NCBI GenBank assembly: GCA_965205485.1
Contig: OZ242180.1
Span: 3,072,001 to 3,136,000 of the forward strand
Reading direction: 5' to 3'
DNA: 64,000 nucleotides
Origin: Candidatus Latescibacterota bacterium
GTDB lineage: Bacteria > Latescibacterota > UBA2968 > GCA-2709665
Numbering within the stretch: position 1 is the first letter of the stretch; each line of letters begins with the position of its first letter. The notes under the pieces are model-generated. The model was not told the DNA's origin, ran no database searches, and saw only the letters and a list, made by a program, of their open reading frames with translations. Positions 19,565 to 30,800 of this stretch are shown piece after piece. A program made the position numbers and the translations under genes.

Positions 19565-19593
19565 ATAGTATTCGTTTTGGACCCAAAAGTCAA
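19565..19593 (-). promoter_or_regulatory. sigma70 promoter for the structured leader or sRNA
   Basis: TTGACT-N17-TACTAT; predicted start near 19557. Confidence 0.7.
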
Positions 19594-19834
19594 GGTGTTT
19601 TTGATGCTGCGCGGACTTCCGGAACGCCTGCCGCGTCCATTCATGGTGAGGTGGTCCGGGCGAATCGTTCGCTTTGCCGCTTGCGCGCATGTGTTAAAGG
19701 TCTTGCAGGCGCCGGCTGTATATCCCTATTTTGCGGTGCCTGCGTTCACTGGCGGTATGGTTTGAAACGGTCCGCAGATGTAGGGCGTTGATCCGCACCC
19801 GGGCGAACACAGAGTGCGTTAAGGGCCCATGGCG

Positions 19835-20599
19835 TCAGCTTTCTTCCAGTTCCCAGATCTTGTCCCGAATGGCCGCGGCGCGCTCGAAATCCTCGTCCTC
19901 GACGGCCTGAGCCAGTTCCTCTTTGAGTTTTTCCGCGGGACTCTGCGGGCGTTTGCTCAGTATTTCATCTTCCAGTTCTTTGAGGGACTCCTGGGAGCGC
20001 TTTTTTTCTACCTCGAACTCTTCGGCCTCGACACCCTCAAGGTTTGAAATCCTGGATTGCGCTTCACCGATAATCTCGAGGGCTGTGTCGTAATCGTCCT
20101 GCTGGGACGCGATCATTACCCTCGCGACGGCGTGGATACGGAGAATGTAAGGCCACCACTTCTCAAGGTTCTCCCTGTCTTCCGTGCGTTCGGCATACCG
20201 GTTGACAAAGCGAAAGACGTCCATATTTCTCTCGGTATCGCGCACAACCCTGTTGTAATCCCGAATCTGCAGAAGGAATACATACCTCTCATATATCCGC
20301 CGGCTCTCGTCGAAGATTTCGGAACAGGCGTGCTCATCCAGACTGAAACCCGCGGGCGACCCTGAAGCGCCCACGTGTTTCTGCAACTGCTGCTTGTGAT
20401 AGTCCAGGACGAATGTCTGACTATAGGGTTTCTGTCCATCGGGCCGTCCGTCCAGTTCCATTTGGAGAACGCCCTGAAACGCACCCTGATCGACACGCAC
20501 CTGAATTTTCTCTACGCCGCGGGGATCGATTACCTTGCGGATGCTGTTCTGGGGATCGTAGGGCCAGTTCTTCAGGATCGGTCCTATATCTTCTGACAT
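19835..20599 (-). CDS. UvrB/UvrC-motif-containing protein
   Basis: C-terminal LAQAVEDEDFERAAAIRDKI; IQVRVD...GVLQMELDGRPDG. Start placed at MSEDIG. Confidence 0.82.
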   Translation of the reverse strand: MSEDIGPILKNWPYDPQNSIRKVIDPRGVEKIQVRVDQGAFQGVLQMELDGRPDGQKPYSQTFVLDYHKQQLQKHVGASGSPAGFSLDEHACSEIFDESRRIYERYVFLLQIRDYNRVVRDTERNMDVFRFVNRYAERTEDRENLEKWWPYILRIHAVARVMIASQQDDYDTALEIIGEAQSRISNLEGVEAEEFEVEKKRSQESLKELEDEILSKRPQSPAEKLKEELAQAVEDEDFERAAAIRDKIWELEES

Positions 20600-20912
20600 G
20601 ACACGGCTCCAGGGCTTTAACGGGATCTTCAGCGCGGAAGGGTCAGTCCATGGCCGCCGACCGGCCCGTACGACTGTCCGGTCAGTCAAATGTAAATAAC
20701 TCTTAGCCAAAAACAAGCGCAAAGCCGACTGCCCGGAATTCAGGTTGCGAGGCGTGAACCACGGGCGCGGCGGTTCCACAGAGCGAAAAACGGAGCGGGT
20801 TCCAGACGTTTTTCCGGTTTACAATCTGGCAGGAGAACGGCAGGGATTCACCGTTGTGACGGCGACCCGCTGAACTTTCTCGTTCAATCTTGCATTTGCC
20901 TGGGAGAGATCC

Positions 20913-22226
20913 ATGACTGCGATTGTCAGATATTTCCGGTTTGAAGAGAACGGCGCCACCTTCCGCACGGAGGTGATTGGCGGGCTGACGACATTTGTTA
21001 CGATGGCCTATATAGTGGCAGTGAATCCGGGAATGCTGACGGAAGCGCTGGGTAAGGATCTCTTTGGAGAACTGCTGTTTGCAACCTGCATATCAGCGGC
21101 GCTGGCGACCCTGATAATGGGCATCGTCGCGAACTATCCGTTTGCCCTGGCGCCCGGGATGGGATTGAATGCCTTTTTCGCGTATACCGTCGTGTTGGGG
21201 ATGGGCGTGCGTTGGGACCTGGCATTGGGAGTCGTACTTGCGTCGGGCATTCTCTTTACGCTGCTGACGCTGGTGCGGGTGAGGGAGGCCATCATCAACG
21301 CGGTGCCCGATACCGTCAAGCACGCAACGGCGTGCGGTATCGGACTGTTTATTGCATTTATCGGATTGAAGAATGCGGGAATCGTGGCGGCGAATCAGGA
21401 AACGCTGATAACGCTGGGGGAAATCAGGAGCGGGCCGGTGGGGCTTACGCTGCTGGGCGTGTTGGGCACGGGCGTGATGTTGGCAAGAGGCGTAAAGGGA
21501 GCGATATTGTTGGGGATGCTGGGTGTGACGATACTTGGCGTGTTGACGGGCGTGGCGCCTGCGCCTCAGGGATTTTTCAGTCTGCCGGCGTGGCCGGAGC
21601 GGTTGTTCGGCGTCGCGGCCGTCAACCTGACGTCGGCGTTCGACGTCGGCTTGATCGGCGTGGTCCTCGTCTTGCTGTTCGTGGATATGTTCGACACGAT
21701 GGGTACTCTGGTCGGGGTGTCGGGCAGAGCCGGATTCCTGGATGGACGCGGACGGCTGCCACGTGCGAACCGGGCGCTCCTTGCCGATTCATTGGGGACG
21801 GTATTCGGTTCGCTGTTCGGGACTTCGACGGTGACGACATATATCGAAAGCGCATCGGGTATTTCGGCCGGAGCGCGTACCGGTTTCGCGAGTGTCGTGA
21901 CCGGCGCGATGTTTCTGCTGGCCCTGTTCCTGACACCTCTGGTGGAGGCCATACCGCCGTTTGCTACCGCGCCGGCGCTGATCGTGGTGGGGGTGTTGAT
22001 GATGGCATCGGTGGTTAACGTGAAATGGCACGACGTCACGGATGCTTTGCCTGCATTTCTGACAATGATCGCCATGCCGTTGACGTTCAGCATTTCGGAT
22101 GGTCTTGCAATGGGATTCATCGCATTTCCCATTGTAAAGCGTCTGGGAAGACGAGGGGACGAAGTGAACCCCCTGGTGGACCTGCTGGCGGTGATTTTCA
22201 TCGCCAGGTACCTGTTTATGGATTGA
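20913..22226 (+). CDS. NCS2/AzgA family nucleobase permease
   Basis: GLTTFVTMAYIVAVNP, LAPGMGLNAFF, FDTMGT, TYIESASG. Confidence 0.93.
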   Translation: MTAIVRYFRFEENGATFRTEVIGGLTTFVTMAYIVAVNPGMLTEALGKDLFGELLFATCISAALATLIMGIVANYPFALAPGMGLNAFFAYTVVLGMGVRWDLALGVVLASGILFTLLTLVRVREAIINAVPDTVKHATACGIGLFIAFIGLKNAGIVAANQETLITLGEIRSGPVGLTLLGVLGTGVMLARGVKGAILLGMLGVTILGVLTGVAPAPQGFFSLPAWPERLFGVAAVNLTSAFDVGLIGVVLVLLFVDMFDTMGTLVGVSGRAGFLDGRGRLPRANRALLADSLGTVFGSLFGTSTVTTYIESASGISAGARTGFASVVTGAMFLLALFLTPLVEAIPPFATAPALIVVGVLMMASVVNVKWHDVTDALPAFLTMIAMPLTFSISDGLAMGFIAFPIVKRLGRRGDEVNPLVDLLAVIFIARYLFMD

Positions 22227-22254
22227 GAACATCCGCTTCAAGGATTGCAGGAAT

Positions 22255-24297
22255 ATGCGCATCGGCATCGATATCGGCGGCACTTTCACGGATGTGGTGG
22301 CGGTTGACGAAGACGGCCGTGTCAAACTGTGCAAGTTGCCTTCCACGCCGGAAGATTACGGCAGGGCTATAATAGACGGCGTAAGTCATGTCGTAGGGGG
22401 ATCCGGCTTGCAGGTGAATGAAGTCATTCATGGCACGACCGTGGCGACCAATGCCGTCCTTGGCGGCACGGGCGCCCGCACAGGGCTGATCACAACCCGG
22501 GGATTCCGCGACGTACTCGAAATCGGGCGGCTGCGGATGCCCCGGTTGTACGATCTCTCCTGGGAGAAGCCGAAGCCACTTGTGCCACGTTATCTCCGTC
22601 TGGAGGTGACGGAACGGATTGCGGCCGATGGCCACGTCATGGAACCACTGGATGAGGAGAGTGTTCTTCTCGCGATCGAACGGTTGGTTGAGGAGCGTGT
22701 TGTTTCTATCGCGGTTTGCCTGCTCAACTCGTATGTGAATCCGGATCACGAAATCAGGATAGGTGAGTTGCTGCGTGCGGCCGGGCGATGGACTGTGACG
22801 CTGTCCTCGGAAGTCCTGCCCGAAATCAAGGAATACGAACGGACCAGTACCACAGTAATTAACGCATACGTGATGCCCGTGGTACGGAGCTACCTGAGCG
22901 ATCTTCGCGCACGACTACAAACCCTGAAAATAGATGCTCCGCTGCGGATCATGCAGTCAGGGGGAGGCGTTACCGACGCTGCTACAGCAGTCGAGCGTCC
23001 CGTGCAGATTCTTGAATCCGGGCCAGCCGCGGGCGTGGTTGCCGCCGCGTCGCTGGGGCGTCGCATCGGTTGCATGAATCTGATTGCATTCGATATGGGA
23101 GGGACCACGGCCAAGGCTGCGCTGATCGAAAACGGACAAATATCCCGCATTTCGGACTACGAGGTGGGCGGCGGGTTGTCCGTTGCTGGGAGGTTACTGA
23201 GCGGTGGCGGGTACGCCACCCGGGTACCCAGCATCGATCTGGCCGAGATCGGAGCCGGCGGCGGGAGTATCCTGGAGGTCGACGGCGGTGGAGCGCTTCT
23301 TGTCGGACCGGCCAGCGCAGGAGCGGACCCGGGTCCGGTCTGCTACCGGCGCGGCGGAAAGCGGCCTACCCTTACGGATGCGAATCTGCTGCTTGGATAC
23401 CTGAATCCCGATGGACCGGCTGGGGGTAGCCTTCCTCTGGGCGTCGCGTTGGCACGCAGCGCGATGCGGGAGTGTATCGCGTCCGGGATGAATCTGGGGG
23501 TGGCCGAGGCCGCCCTGGGGGCGCACCGGATCGCGGTTGCGCGCATGGTGAGGGCTGTTCGCGCGGTCTCGTCGGAACGCGGCCGCGACCCCCGGCGGTT
23601 TTCGTTGCTGGCATTCGGCGGGAGCGGTCCTCTGCACGCCGTGGGGATGGCCAGGGCACTCGGCATTCGGAGGATACTTGTGCCGCCCGCGCCCGGCCTG
23701 TTCAGCGCAATCGGTCTGGTCTCGGCAGGATTGCAGTACGATCTGGCACGCACCCGCCTGGGTCAGCTGCTGGAATCGGAACCGGGTGAGCTCCGGTCGG
23801 CATTTGAAGCGATGGCCGGCGAAGCCCTAGAACGACTGCCCGGCTCCGAGATTGAGTATATCGTAGATCTCAGGTACGCTGGGCAGTCCTATGAACTGCC
23901 GATCAGGGCACCCGGCGGGTCGTGGAACCGTGGTACCCTTGTGGACCTGGGGAACGCGTTTGAATCAGAACACGAACGCACGTACGGGCACCGCTCCGAG
24001 ACCGACGCCGTTGAAGTGGTTACCTTGAGGGTTCGCGCGTTTCAGCCCGCCCCGCCGGCGCCGGACGGGAAAGACATTGCCGCGTCCGACAAGAGCGTCG
24101 AAAAATCCGGCAAGAGGCATGCGTATTTCGGGGAGCGTCGAGGATGGGTCGAGACGCCCGTGTTGTCTCGGCATCACCTTGAGGGTTCGCCTGAATCCGG
24201 ACCGCTTATTGTCGAGGACTACGACGCAACCACGCTGGTTCCTCCCGAAGTTCGCGCCCGCCTGGACGAATGGAGGAATATCGTCATCGAGGTGTAA
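22255..24297 (+). CDS. Hydantoinase A / oxoprolinase family ATP-binding subunit
   Basis: IDIGGTFTD, HGTTVATNA, ESGPAAG, DMGGTT, SAGADPGPVCY. Confidence 0.93.
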   Translation: MRIGIDIGGTFTDVVAVDEDGRVKLCKLPSTPEDYGRAIIDGVSHVVGGSGLQVNEVIHGTTVATNAVLGGTGARTGLITTRGFRDVLEIGRLRMPRLYDLSWEKPKPLVPRYLRLEVTERIAADGHVMEPLDEESVLLAIERLVEERVVSIAVCLLNSYVNPDHEIRIGELLRAAGRWTVTLSSEVLPEIKEYERTSTTVINAYVMPVVRSYLSDLRARLQTLKIDAPLRIMQSGGGVTDAATAVERPVQILESGPAAGVVAAASLGRRIGCMNLIAFDMGGTTAKAALIENGQISRISDYEVGGGLSVAGRLLSGGGYATRVPSIDLAEIGAGGGSILEVDGGGALLVGPASAGADPGPVCYRRGGKRPTLTDANLLLGYLNPDGPAGGSLPLGVALARSAMRECIASGMNLGVAEAALGAHRIAVARMVRAVRAVSSERGRDPRRFSLLAFGGSGPLHAVGMARALGIRRILVPPAPGLFSAIGLVSAGLQYDLARTRLGQLLESEPGELRSAFEAMAGEALERLPGSEIEYIVDLRYAGQSYELPIRAPGGSWNRGTLVDLGNAFESEHERTYGHRSETDAVEVVTLRVRAFQPAPPAPDGKDIAASDKSVEKSGKRHAYFGERRGWVETPVLSRHHLEGSPESGPLIVEDYDATTLVPPEVRARLDEWRNIVIEV

Positions 24298-24387
24298 TGA
24301 CGGTGGCTTTTGCGAAGTGACCTTCTACACAAGCGGGTGGTCCCAGTGACCGCCCGCGCTGTTTTTTCGATTTGAGACGGCGCGCGT

Positions 24388-26121
24388 TCAGCGCCGGTTG
24401 CATTGGAAACGCGATCGAAGCCGGCGCGTCTGCGCAATGTCGATGTCCATCGTGTCGGGTACTACGGCGACGGCGTAGTTCTGTCTGGCGGAACGGATCG
24501 AGACTTTGCCGTTTCTCACGTCGTCAAGGACGTGTCGAGGGTCCCTCTCCTGCGGGCTTCCCCAGCCGCCGGCGCCTGCGAGTACGTGCCGCAGGGTGTC
24601 CCCTCTCTTCAGGTTGAGCAGCGTCTTTGCGGGCAGTTTCCGGGCTTCGGCGTGAGGGTTCAGGATGTTGCTGGATGGGGACCCCGGCTTTCCGCCCGAC
24701 AGGCCGTAGGCCCGCGAGTTGTGACGATCCGAGCGGATCTGCAGGGTCGCGAGTGTTTCCGTAAACCGGTATTCACGCACGATCGAGCAGGAACCTCGGT
24801 ATTTGCCGGCGCCGCCGGTGTCGGGCAGGAACCCGTATTCCAGGATCTGGATCGGATATTCTGCTTCAACAACTTCGGCGGGGTTGTTGGAAAAATTGAC
24901 CACAATACTGGCGCACCCGTCAACTCCGTCCCTGTCCGGCCGGCCGCCCCAGCCGCAGAATAGAAACTCGAGAAAGACAAAGGGGGTCCGGTCGGTACGG
25001 TATCCCCCAATGGAGATTCCCGTGTCTCCTCCGACTTCGCAGGCGGGCACGATATGCGGCGCCAACGGGGCGAGCGCGCCCATAATCGCATTGGCCAGTC
25101 GAAAGCCGGTGAGGCCGCGGGCGGCTACGGGAGCGGGCGGTACCGGGTTGGCAATCGTCGCGGAGGGGATGCGGACGTCAATTGCACGGAAGAAGCCGGA
25201 GTTGGTGGGGATGTCCGCGCGCATGAGACAGCGCAGACAGGCGTAGACCGCCGACCTGGTGAATGAAGCGACACAGTTGATGGCCCCCTTGACCTGGGGC
25301 GCGGTACCGCTGAAGTCCACCGACAGCGCGCTGCCGGCTACCTCGACTGTGACGGCGATTGGGATCTCATCAGGGTCGATACCGTCGTCGTCGAGTACGT
25401 CCGTAAACGTGAAGCGCCCGTCCGGGAGCGCTTCGATTTCTGCGCGCGTGAGGCGTTCGGCGTAATTCAGAAGTTCGGAAAATCCGCTCTGGAGGCGATC
25501 GTAACCCTCTTCCACGGCCAGTGCGGCGACCGCTCTTTCGCCGATGTGGCAGGCGGACAACTGGGCGCGGAGGTCGCCCATCGTGTTTTGGGGGACGCGG
25601 ACGTTCCGCTCGATCACGTCGAAGATGGCCTGCAGCGGTCGGCCGGCGGCGTAGAGTTTGAGCGGCGGAATGCGGAGGCCTTCCTGAAAGATCTCCGTGG
25701 AGTCGCAGGCGTTTCCCCCTGCGACCCGGCCGCCGATGTCGGTATGATGCGCGATGGCGGTCGTGAATCCAAGCAGGCGGGAGTCGACGAAAACAGGTTT
25801 GTAAACGTAGATGTCAGGCAGGTGAGTGCCACCTTCATACGGATCGTTGAGCAGAAAGACATCCCCTTCGTCGATGGCGTCGCCGTACCGGCTCAGGACG
25901 GCGGCAAGACCGTCCGGCAGGCTTCCCAGATGCAAGGGAAGACAGAGGCCCTGTGCGACCAGCCGGCCGTCGGGATCGCAGAAGCCTGTGGAAAAGTCCA
26001 TCGAGTTTCTGAGAATGGTTGAATAGGCCGTGCGAACGACGGTGAGCGCCATGTCGTCCACGATGGATTCCAGCCTGTTCTTGAGGAGTTGGAGTTCGAC
26101 GGCTGTGTATGTCATAGGCAA
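24388..26121 (-). CDS. Hydantoinase B / oxoprolinase family subunit
   Basis: RTAYS, NDPYEGGTHLPD, HHTDIGG, EIFQEGLRIPP, GAGGWGSP. Confidence 0.93.
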   Translation of the reverse strand: MPMTYTAVELQLLKNRLESIVDDMALTVVRTAYSTILRNSMDFSTGFCDPDGRLVAQGLCLPLHLGSLPDGLAAVLSRYGDAIDEGDVFLLNDPYEGGTHLPDIYVYKPVFVDSRLLGFTTAIAHHTDIGGRVAGGNACDSTEIFQEGLRIPPLKLYAAGRPLQAIFDVIERNVRVPQNTMGDLRAQLSACHIGERAVAALAVEEGYDRLQSGFSELLNYAERLTRAEIEALPDGRFTFTDVLDDDGIDPDEIPIAVTVEVAGSALSVDFSGTAPQVKGAINCVASFTRSAVYACLRCLMRADIPTNSGFFRAIDVRIPSATIANPVPPAPVAARGLTGFRLANAIMGALAPLAPHIVPACEVGGDTGISIGGYRTDRTPFVFLEFLFCGWGGRPDRDGVDGCASIVVNFSNNPAEVVEAEYPIQILEYGFLPDTGGAGKYRGSCSIVREYRFTETLATLQIRSDRHNSRAYGLSGGKPGSPSSNILNPHAEARKLPAKTLLNLKRGDTLRHVLAGAGGWGSPQERDPRHVLDDVRNGKVSIRSARQNYAVAVVPDTMDIDIAQTRRLRSRFQCNRR

Positions 26122-26174
26122 TGGACGGTGAAGCGCGAGCCGGACCTGCGGGGCTCTGGACGATGGCGGATAGA

Positions 26175-27362
26175 CTACAGCGGCGGCCGGTAGCTGACGG
26201 ATGGAGGGTCGGCTTCCGGAATTTGAAGTGTGTCCCAGAAATCTGTCCGGGTAAACGGAACCCGTCTCAGGTCTGGAATCGCAATGGGTGTACCGCCCAG
26301 ATCCGCGGAACGTGCAGCGATGATGCCCGGCAGGGCATATTCGATTGCGCGGTAGACGTCAATCGAAGAGGGTCGGTCTTTAAGCAGGTTGTCCGTAAAT
26401 TGCCCGGCGACTTTCAGATCCGTTCCCCCGTGGCCGCCTGTCGCATCGTCCACGGCGGACCTGCTGACCGGCAGAACCCTCCAGCCTTCCTTGTGACTGC
26501 AGCCGCTATCGAAGTAACGGGTGCATTCTTCGTAAGTAAACATCTCCGCGCTGCCTTCGGTTCCGAAGAGCCTGTAGCGGTGCTCGGAGGGTCGAATCGT
26601 GTTGAGGGTGACCATGATTTTAATGAGTGTGCCCTTCTGCGTGTGAAACAGGGCGATCTGACCGTCGGATCTCAACGGCGCCTCCATGCAGCGCCAGGGC
26701 GCGCTCAGACAGGTCACTGAAATGGCGCGGTCGTCCAGGATCTCCAGAAGCGGGCCCAGGTCGTGGGTCAGATACTGGATCGGAGGCTGGTCTGCCCGCC
26801 ATATCGGTTTCGCATTCACGGCTCCGGCGGACCGTGCCTCGTTCGGCGACAGGCGCTTCCCGTCAGGCGTGAAGAGCGTCTCGGGCAGGTAGTGAAGGTA
26901 TTCGGCTTCAGCGATGGAGACGGGTCCGAAGCGGTCTTCCAGGATCCACTTGCGCCAATACGGCACAAATCCGGCGTAACACGCGTTTTCGGCAAGCATA
27001 TATGTCATTCCGGTGCGTTCCACGGTGTCACGAAGGCGTATCAGCTCGTGTTCCGTGTCTGCGCCCGGGACTTCCGAGAGAACGTGACAGCCGGCTTCCA
27101 GTGCCATGCAGGCGTGCTCGACCTGGCGTCGGCCGTTGCTGGCGACCACGACGGCGTCCGGCTTGCGTTCCAGTAGATCGTCATATTCTACCAGGAGTTC
27201 GGTCGACGAGCCATGGCTGTCCACGAGTGCGCGTGCCTGATCGCGGTAATAGGGGAAACGGTCGCAGGCGGCAACGACTTCGGCCTGATCCAGCGCCAGG
27301 AAGTTGCGAAGATGGGCAACGCCCCGCCGCAGACCAAGAATGCCGACTCTGATTTTCTCCAT
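26175..27362 (-). CDS. Gfo/Idh/MocA oxidoreductase
   Basis: KIRVGILGL, HVLSEVP, YMLAEN, YLTHDLGP, GGHGGTD. Confidence 0.88.
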   Translation of the reverse strand: MEKIRVGILGLRRGVAHLRNFLALDQAEVVAACDRFPYYRDQARALVDSHGSSTELLVEYDDLLERKPDAVVVASNGRRQVEHACMALEAGCHVLSEVPGADTEHELIRLRDTVERTGMTYMLAENACYAGFVPYWRKWILEDRFGPVSIAEAEYLHYLPETLFTPDGKRLSPNEARSAGAVNAKPIWRADQPPIQYLTHDLGPLLEILDDRAISVTCLSAPWRCMEAPLRSDGQIALFHTQKGTLIKIMVTLNTIRPSEHRYRLFGTEGSAEMFTYEECTRYFDSGCSHKEGWRVLPVSRSAVDDATGGHGGTDLKVAGQFTDNLLKDRPSSIDVYRAIEYALPGIIAARSADLGGTPIAIPDLRRVPFTRTDFWDTLQIPEADPPSVSYRPPL

Positions 27363-27804
27363 CGTACGATTTCCCGGGTAACGCGGCTTGCGACTGCATC
27401 ATGATTGGTACAAGCGGGGCCGAACGCAATGGACGGCGATGCGGTTCCGGAAGCGGATTTCCACGCGCACGGCGGACTTCCTTTCCGGCTAATATATGGA
27501 AGAGATCACGGATGTCATTGTAAAAATCGGGGGAACGATTTGGAGACACGGTCGTTCTAAATGGTGTAGCGCGAGGGACGGGCGGCAGATGTCCTTGAAT
27601 AGAAACGCGTTCAATGTGGCCATTGAGTTTTTCCCGCAGAAGTCTTGCGGGAGCGGGGTGGGGGCGGTAAAATCCCGGCGGCCGACCCCCACCCCATCGT
27701 CGTTGTACGATCTTGAAAAACGCCGTCAGACAGAGATGTAGCGGGCGGTGACGCAGGCGTCGTCGTCGGCCGCCGCATCTCACGCTCATGTAAGGAGGTC
27801 CATT

Positions 27805-30800
27805 ATGATTTGGCGCCACTTGACGTCAGCGATTCTCATCAGTCTGTTCGCGTTTGGCATGGCGAACGGGCAGGAGTATTTCGGCAAGAACAAGGTGACG
27901 TATGACGATTACGACTGGCATTTTCTGGAGACGGAGCATTTCAAGGTCTATTTCGACAAGGCGTCGCAGCCTGCGGCGGAGTTTGCGGCGAAGGAGGCGG
28001 AGCGATCGCTGGTGCGTCTGGAGAAGGACTTGAAGTATACGCTGAAGGACCGCTATCCGATCGTGATCTACAACTCCCACAACGGGTTTTCGGTGACGAA
28101 CATCCTGCCGACGGAGCAGTCGGAGTTCACGGGCGGTTTTACGGAGTTCGCGCAGGGTCGGGTGGTGATCCCGTATACGGGGTCGTATGCCGATTTCCGT
28201 CACGTGATCCACCACGAGCTGGCGCACGTGGTGACGCTGGAGATGTGGACGGGCGGGGGATGGCTGGGTGCGATGATGACGCAGACGGCGTCGCTGCCGC
28301 CGCTGTGGATCGCGGAAGGGGTGGCGGAGTATCTGTCGCAGGGGGGCTGGGACCGTGAGGCCGACAATTTCATGCGTCACGCGACGATCACGGGCTTTGT
28401 GCCGGGGATGATGTCGTTGAGCGGCGCGTTCGCGTATAAGGGGGGACAGTCCGTCTTCGTGATGATCGAGGAGGAGTATGGCAAGGACAAGGTGGCGGAG
28501 TTCATCTCTTCGTTCCGTTCGGCGCGGTCCGTTGACAAGGCGCTGAAGGCGTCGGTGGGCGAGGGTGTGGAGGAGCTGGACGAGAAGTGGCAGTTGTGGC
28601 TGAAGCGTCAGTATTGGAACGAGATCAACCTGCACCATCCGTCGGAGGAAGTGGCGAAGCAGTTGACGGAGGCGGGCGCGGGCCGTGGCTTTTACAACAT
28701 CGCGCCGTCGTTTTCACCGCAGGGCGACAAGATCGCGTATGTGACGGAGCGTCAGGGCACGTTCGACATCTATCTGATGTCGGCGATCGACGGACAGGAC
28801 CTGGGCCGGCTGGTGGAGGGGGAGCGCTCGTCGGACTTCGAGGGGTTGTTCGTGCTGCGGCCTGGCATCACGTGGTCGCCGGACGGGAAGCAGATCGCGT
28901 TTGCGGCGAAGTCGCGCAACAAGAACACGCTGTATACGCTGGACGTGCGTAAGAAGCGTGTGACGAAGCGGTTCAAGTTCGATCTGGACGGGTTGTTCGA
29001 GCCCACGTGGTCGCCGGACGGGAAGCAGATCGCGATCGTGGGGTTGAAGGACGGGTGGTCGGACGTGTATGTGGTGGACGTGGGTGACGAGCGTCTGCGG
29101 CGGATGACGCGTGATCCGTATGACGAGAAGCACCTGGACTGGTCGCCGGACGGGAAATGGATCGCGATCAGTTCGGACCGGCCGTCGGCGGACCTTTCGT
29201 ATGACGGGTCTAAGGACTTCGAGTTCGGGGTGTATGACGTGTTCGTGCTGAAGGCGGACGGGAGCGAGATCCGACGGGTGGTGGAAAGCGACGTGAACGA
29301 CAGTCATCCCACGTGGGGGCCGGACTCGCAGACGCTGGCGTTCGTGTCGGACAGGACGGGCGTGGGCAACATCTACATCACGCGCGTGGACGGCACGCAG
29401 ATGTATCCGATCAGCAATCTGTTGTCGGGGGCGCGGTATATCGACTGGAGCGCGGACGGCAGGAAGCTGGCGTTCACGACGTTCCACCGCGGGGGTTATG
29501 ACATCTTCGTGATGAAGGACCCGCGCAAGCAGAAGCGGGGGATGGAGGACCTGCCGCTGACGCGTTACGCGAAGCGGCTGGCAGGCATCGAGGACCGTCC
29601 GTTCGTGGAGCTGCAGCGCGAGCGGCGGCAGGAGCAGAGGGCGGTTGCGGAGGCGGATGCGGACAGCGGGGGTGTGGCCGCGAGGGAAGACACGGCGGCG
29701 GTGGTTGCGGCGGCGGACAGGAAGGTGGAGACGTGGATGTCGGACCAGATGGCGCTGGCAGCCGCGGAGGCGCGCGGCGACGACGAGGAGGCGGCAGGGG
29801 CGGATACGCTGGCGGCGGACGGCGACAGGGAGCTGACGCTGCGCGACTGGAACCGGGAGTTCACGGTGAACAAGTACCGCGTGAAGCTCAAACCGGAGTC
29901 CTTCGGGGCCAACGCGGGCTTCGACACGTTCTACGGCGTGAGCAGCCTCCTGCAACTGTCGCTGACGGACGTGATGGGCGACCACCGCGTCGTCATACAG
30001 ACCGGGCTGAGCTTCTCCCTCAAGGACAGCGACCTCTTCCTGGGATACCAGAACCTCAAGCACCAGACCAACTACTATCTCAGCGCACTGCATACCCGAA
30101 ACTTCTTCATTTCAAACGGTCAGGTCGTGGCTGATCGAATCCTGGGCGGCGGGGCTGTCTTCCAGCGGCCGTTCAATCGATTTACACGGCTCGAAACGAG
30201 CATGCAGGCGATAAGCATCTCGCGCGAAAACCTCGGCTCATATCAGAGCCAATACCTCCGCGGAGGCTATACCGGCAGGGTCATCCGGGGGAGCGGTACG
30301 CCGGTTTCCAGCAACAAAGCCGTAATCAACAGCCTGGAACTCGTCGACGACAATGCGTTGTATTCCCTTTACGGACCCACGAAGGGAAGACGGGCGAGGT
30401 TGTCCGTAAGGGGTAGTTGGGCGGGAATGCGGTACGGGACGGTGCAGGCCGACTACAGAAAGTATATTCCAATGCTGGACGAGTACACGTTCGCCGTTCG
30501 TATGTCCGGCGGCACGAGTTTCGGCAGGAACAGCCAGGTCTTTTTCCTGGGTGGGGTGAACAATTCAATCAATCCGAATTTTGCCACGTTCGCGTCAGTC
30601 GACCGGCAGCGCATCTTTTTCTCCAGCTTTGTATGGCCCCTGCGCGGGGCCGACGTGTTTGAGATGGCCGGGGACTCGTATGTGCTGGCCAACGTCGCAT
30701 TTCGTTTCCCGCTGCTTAGACAGCTGGCGTTGGGCTGGCCGCTTCCCCTGTTCTTCCAGAATGTACAGGGTGAACTCTTCCTGGACGCGGGAAGCGCGTT

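Noticed and set aside
27655..27695. FMN or cobalamin riboswitch (GGTAAAATCCC inside a G/C hairpin)
   Set aside because: Only a fragmentary resemblance; the other conserved elements are missing.
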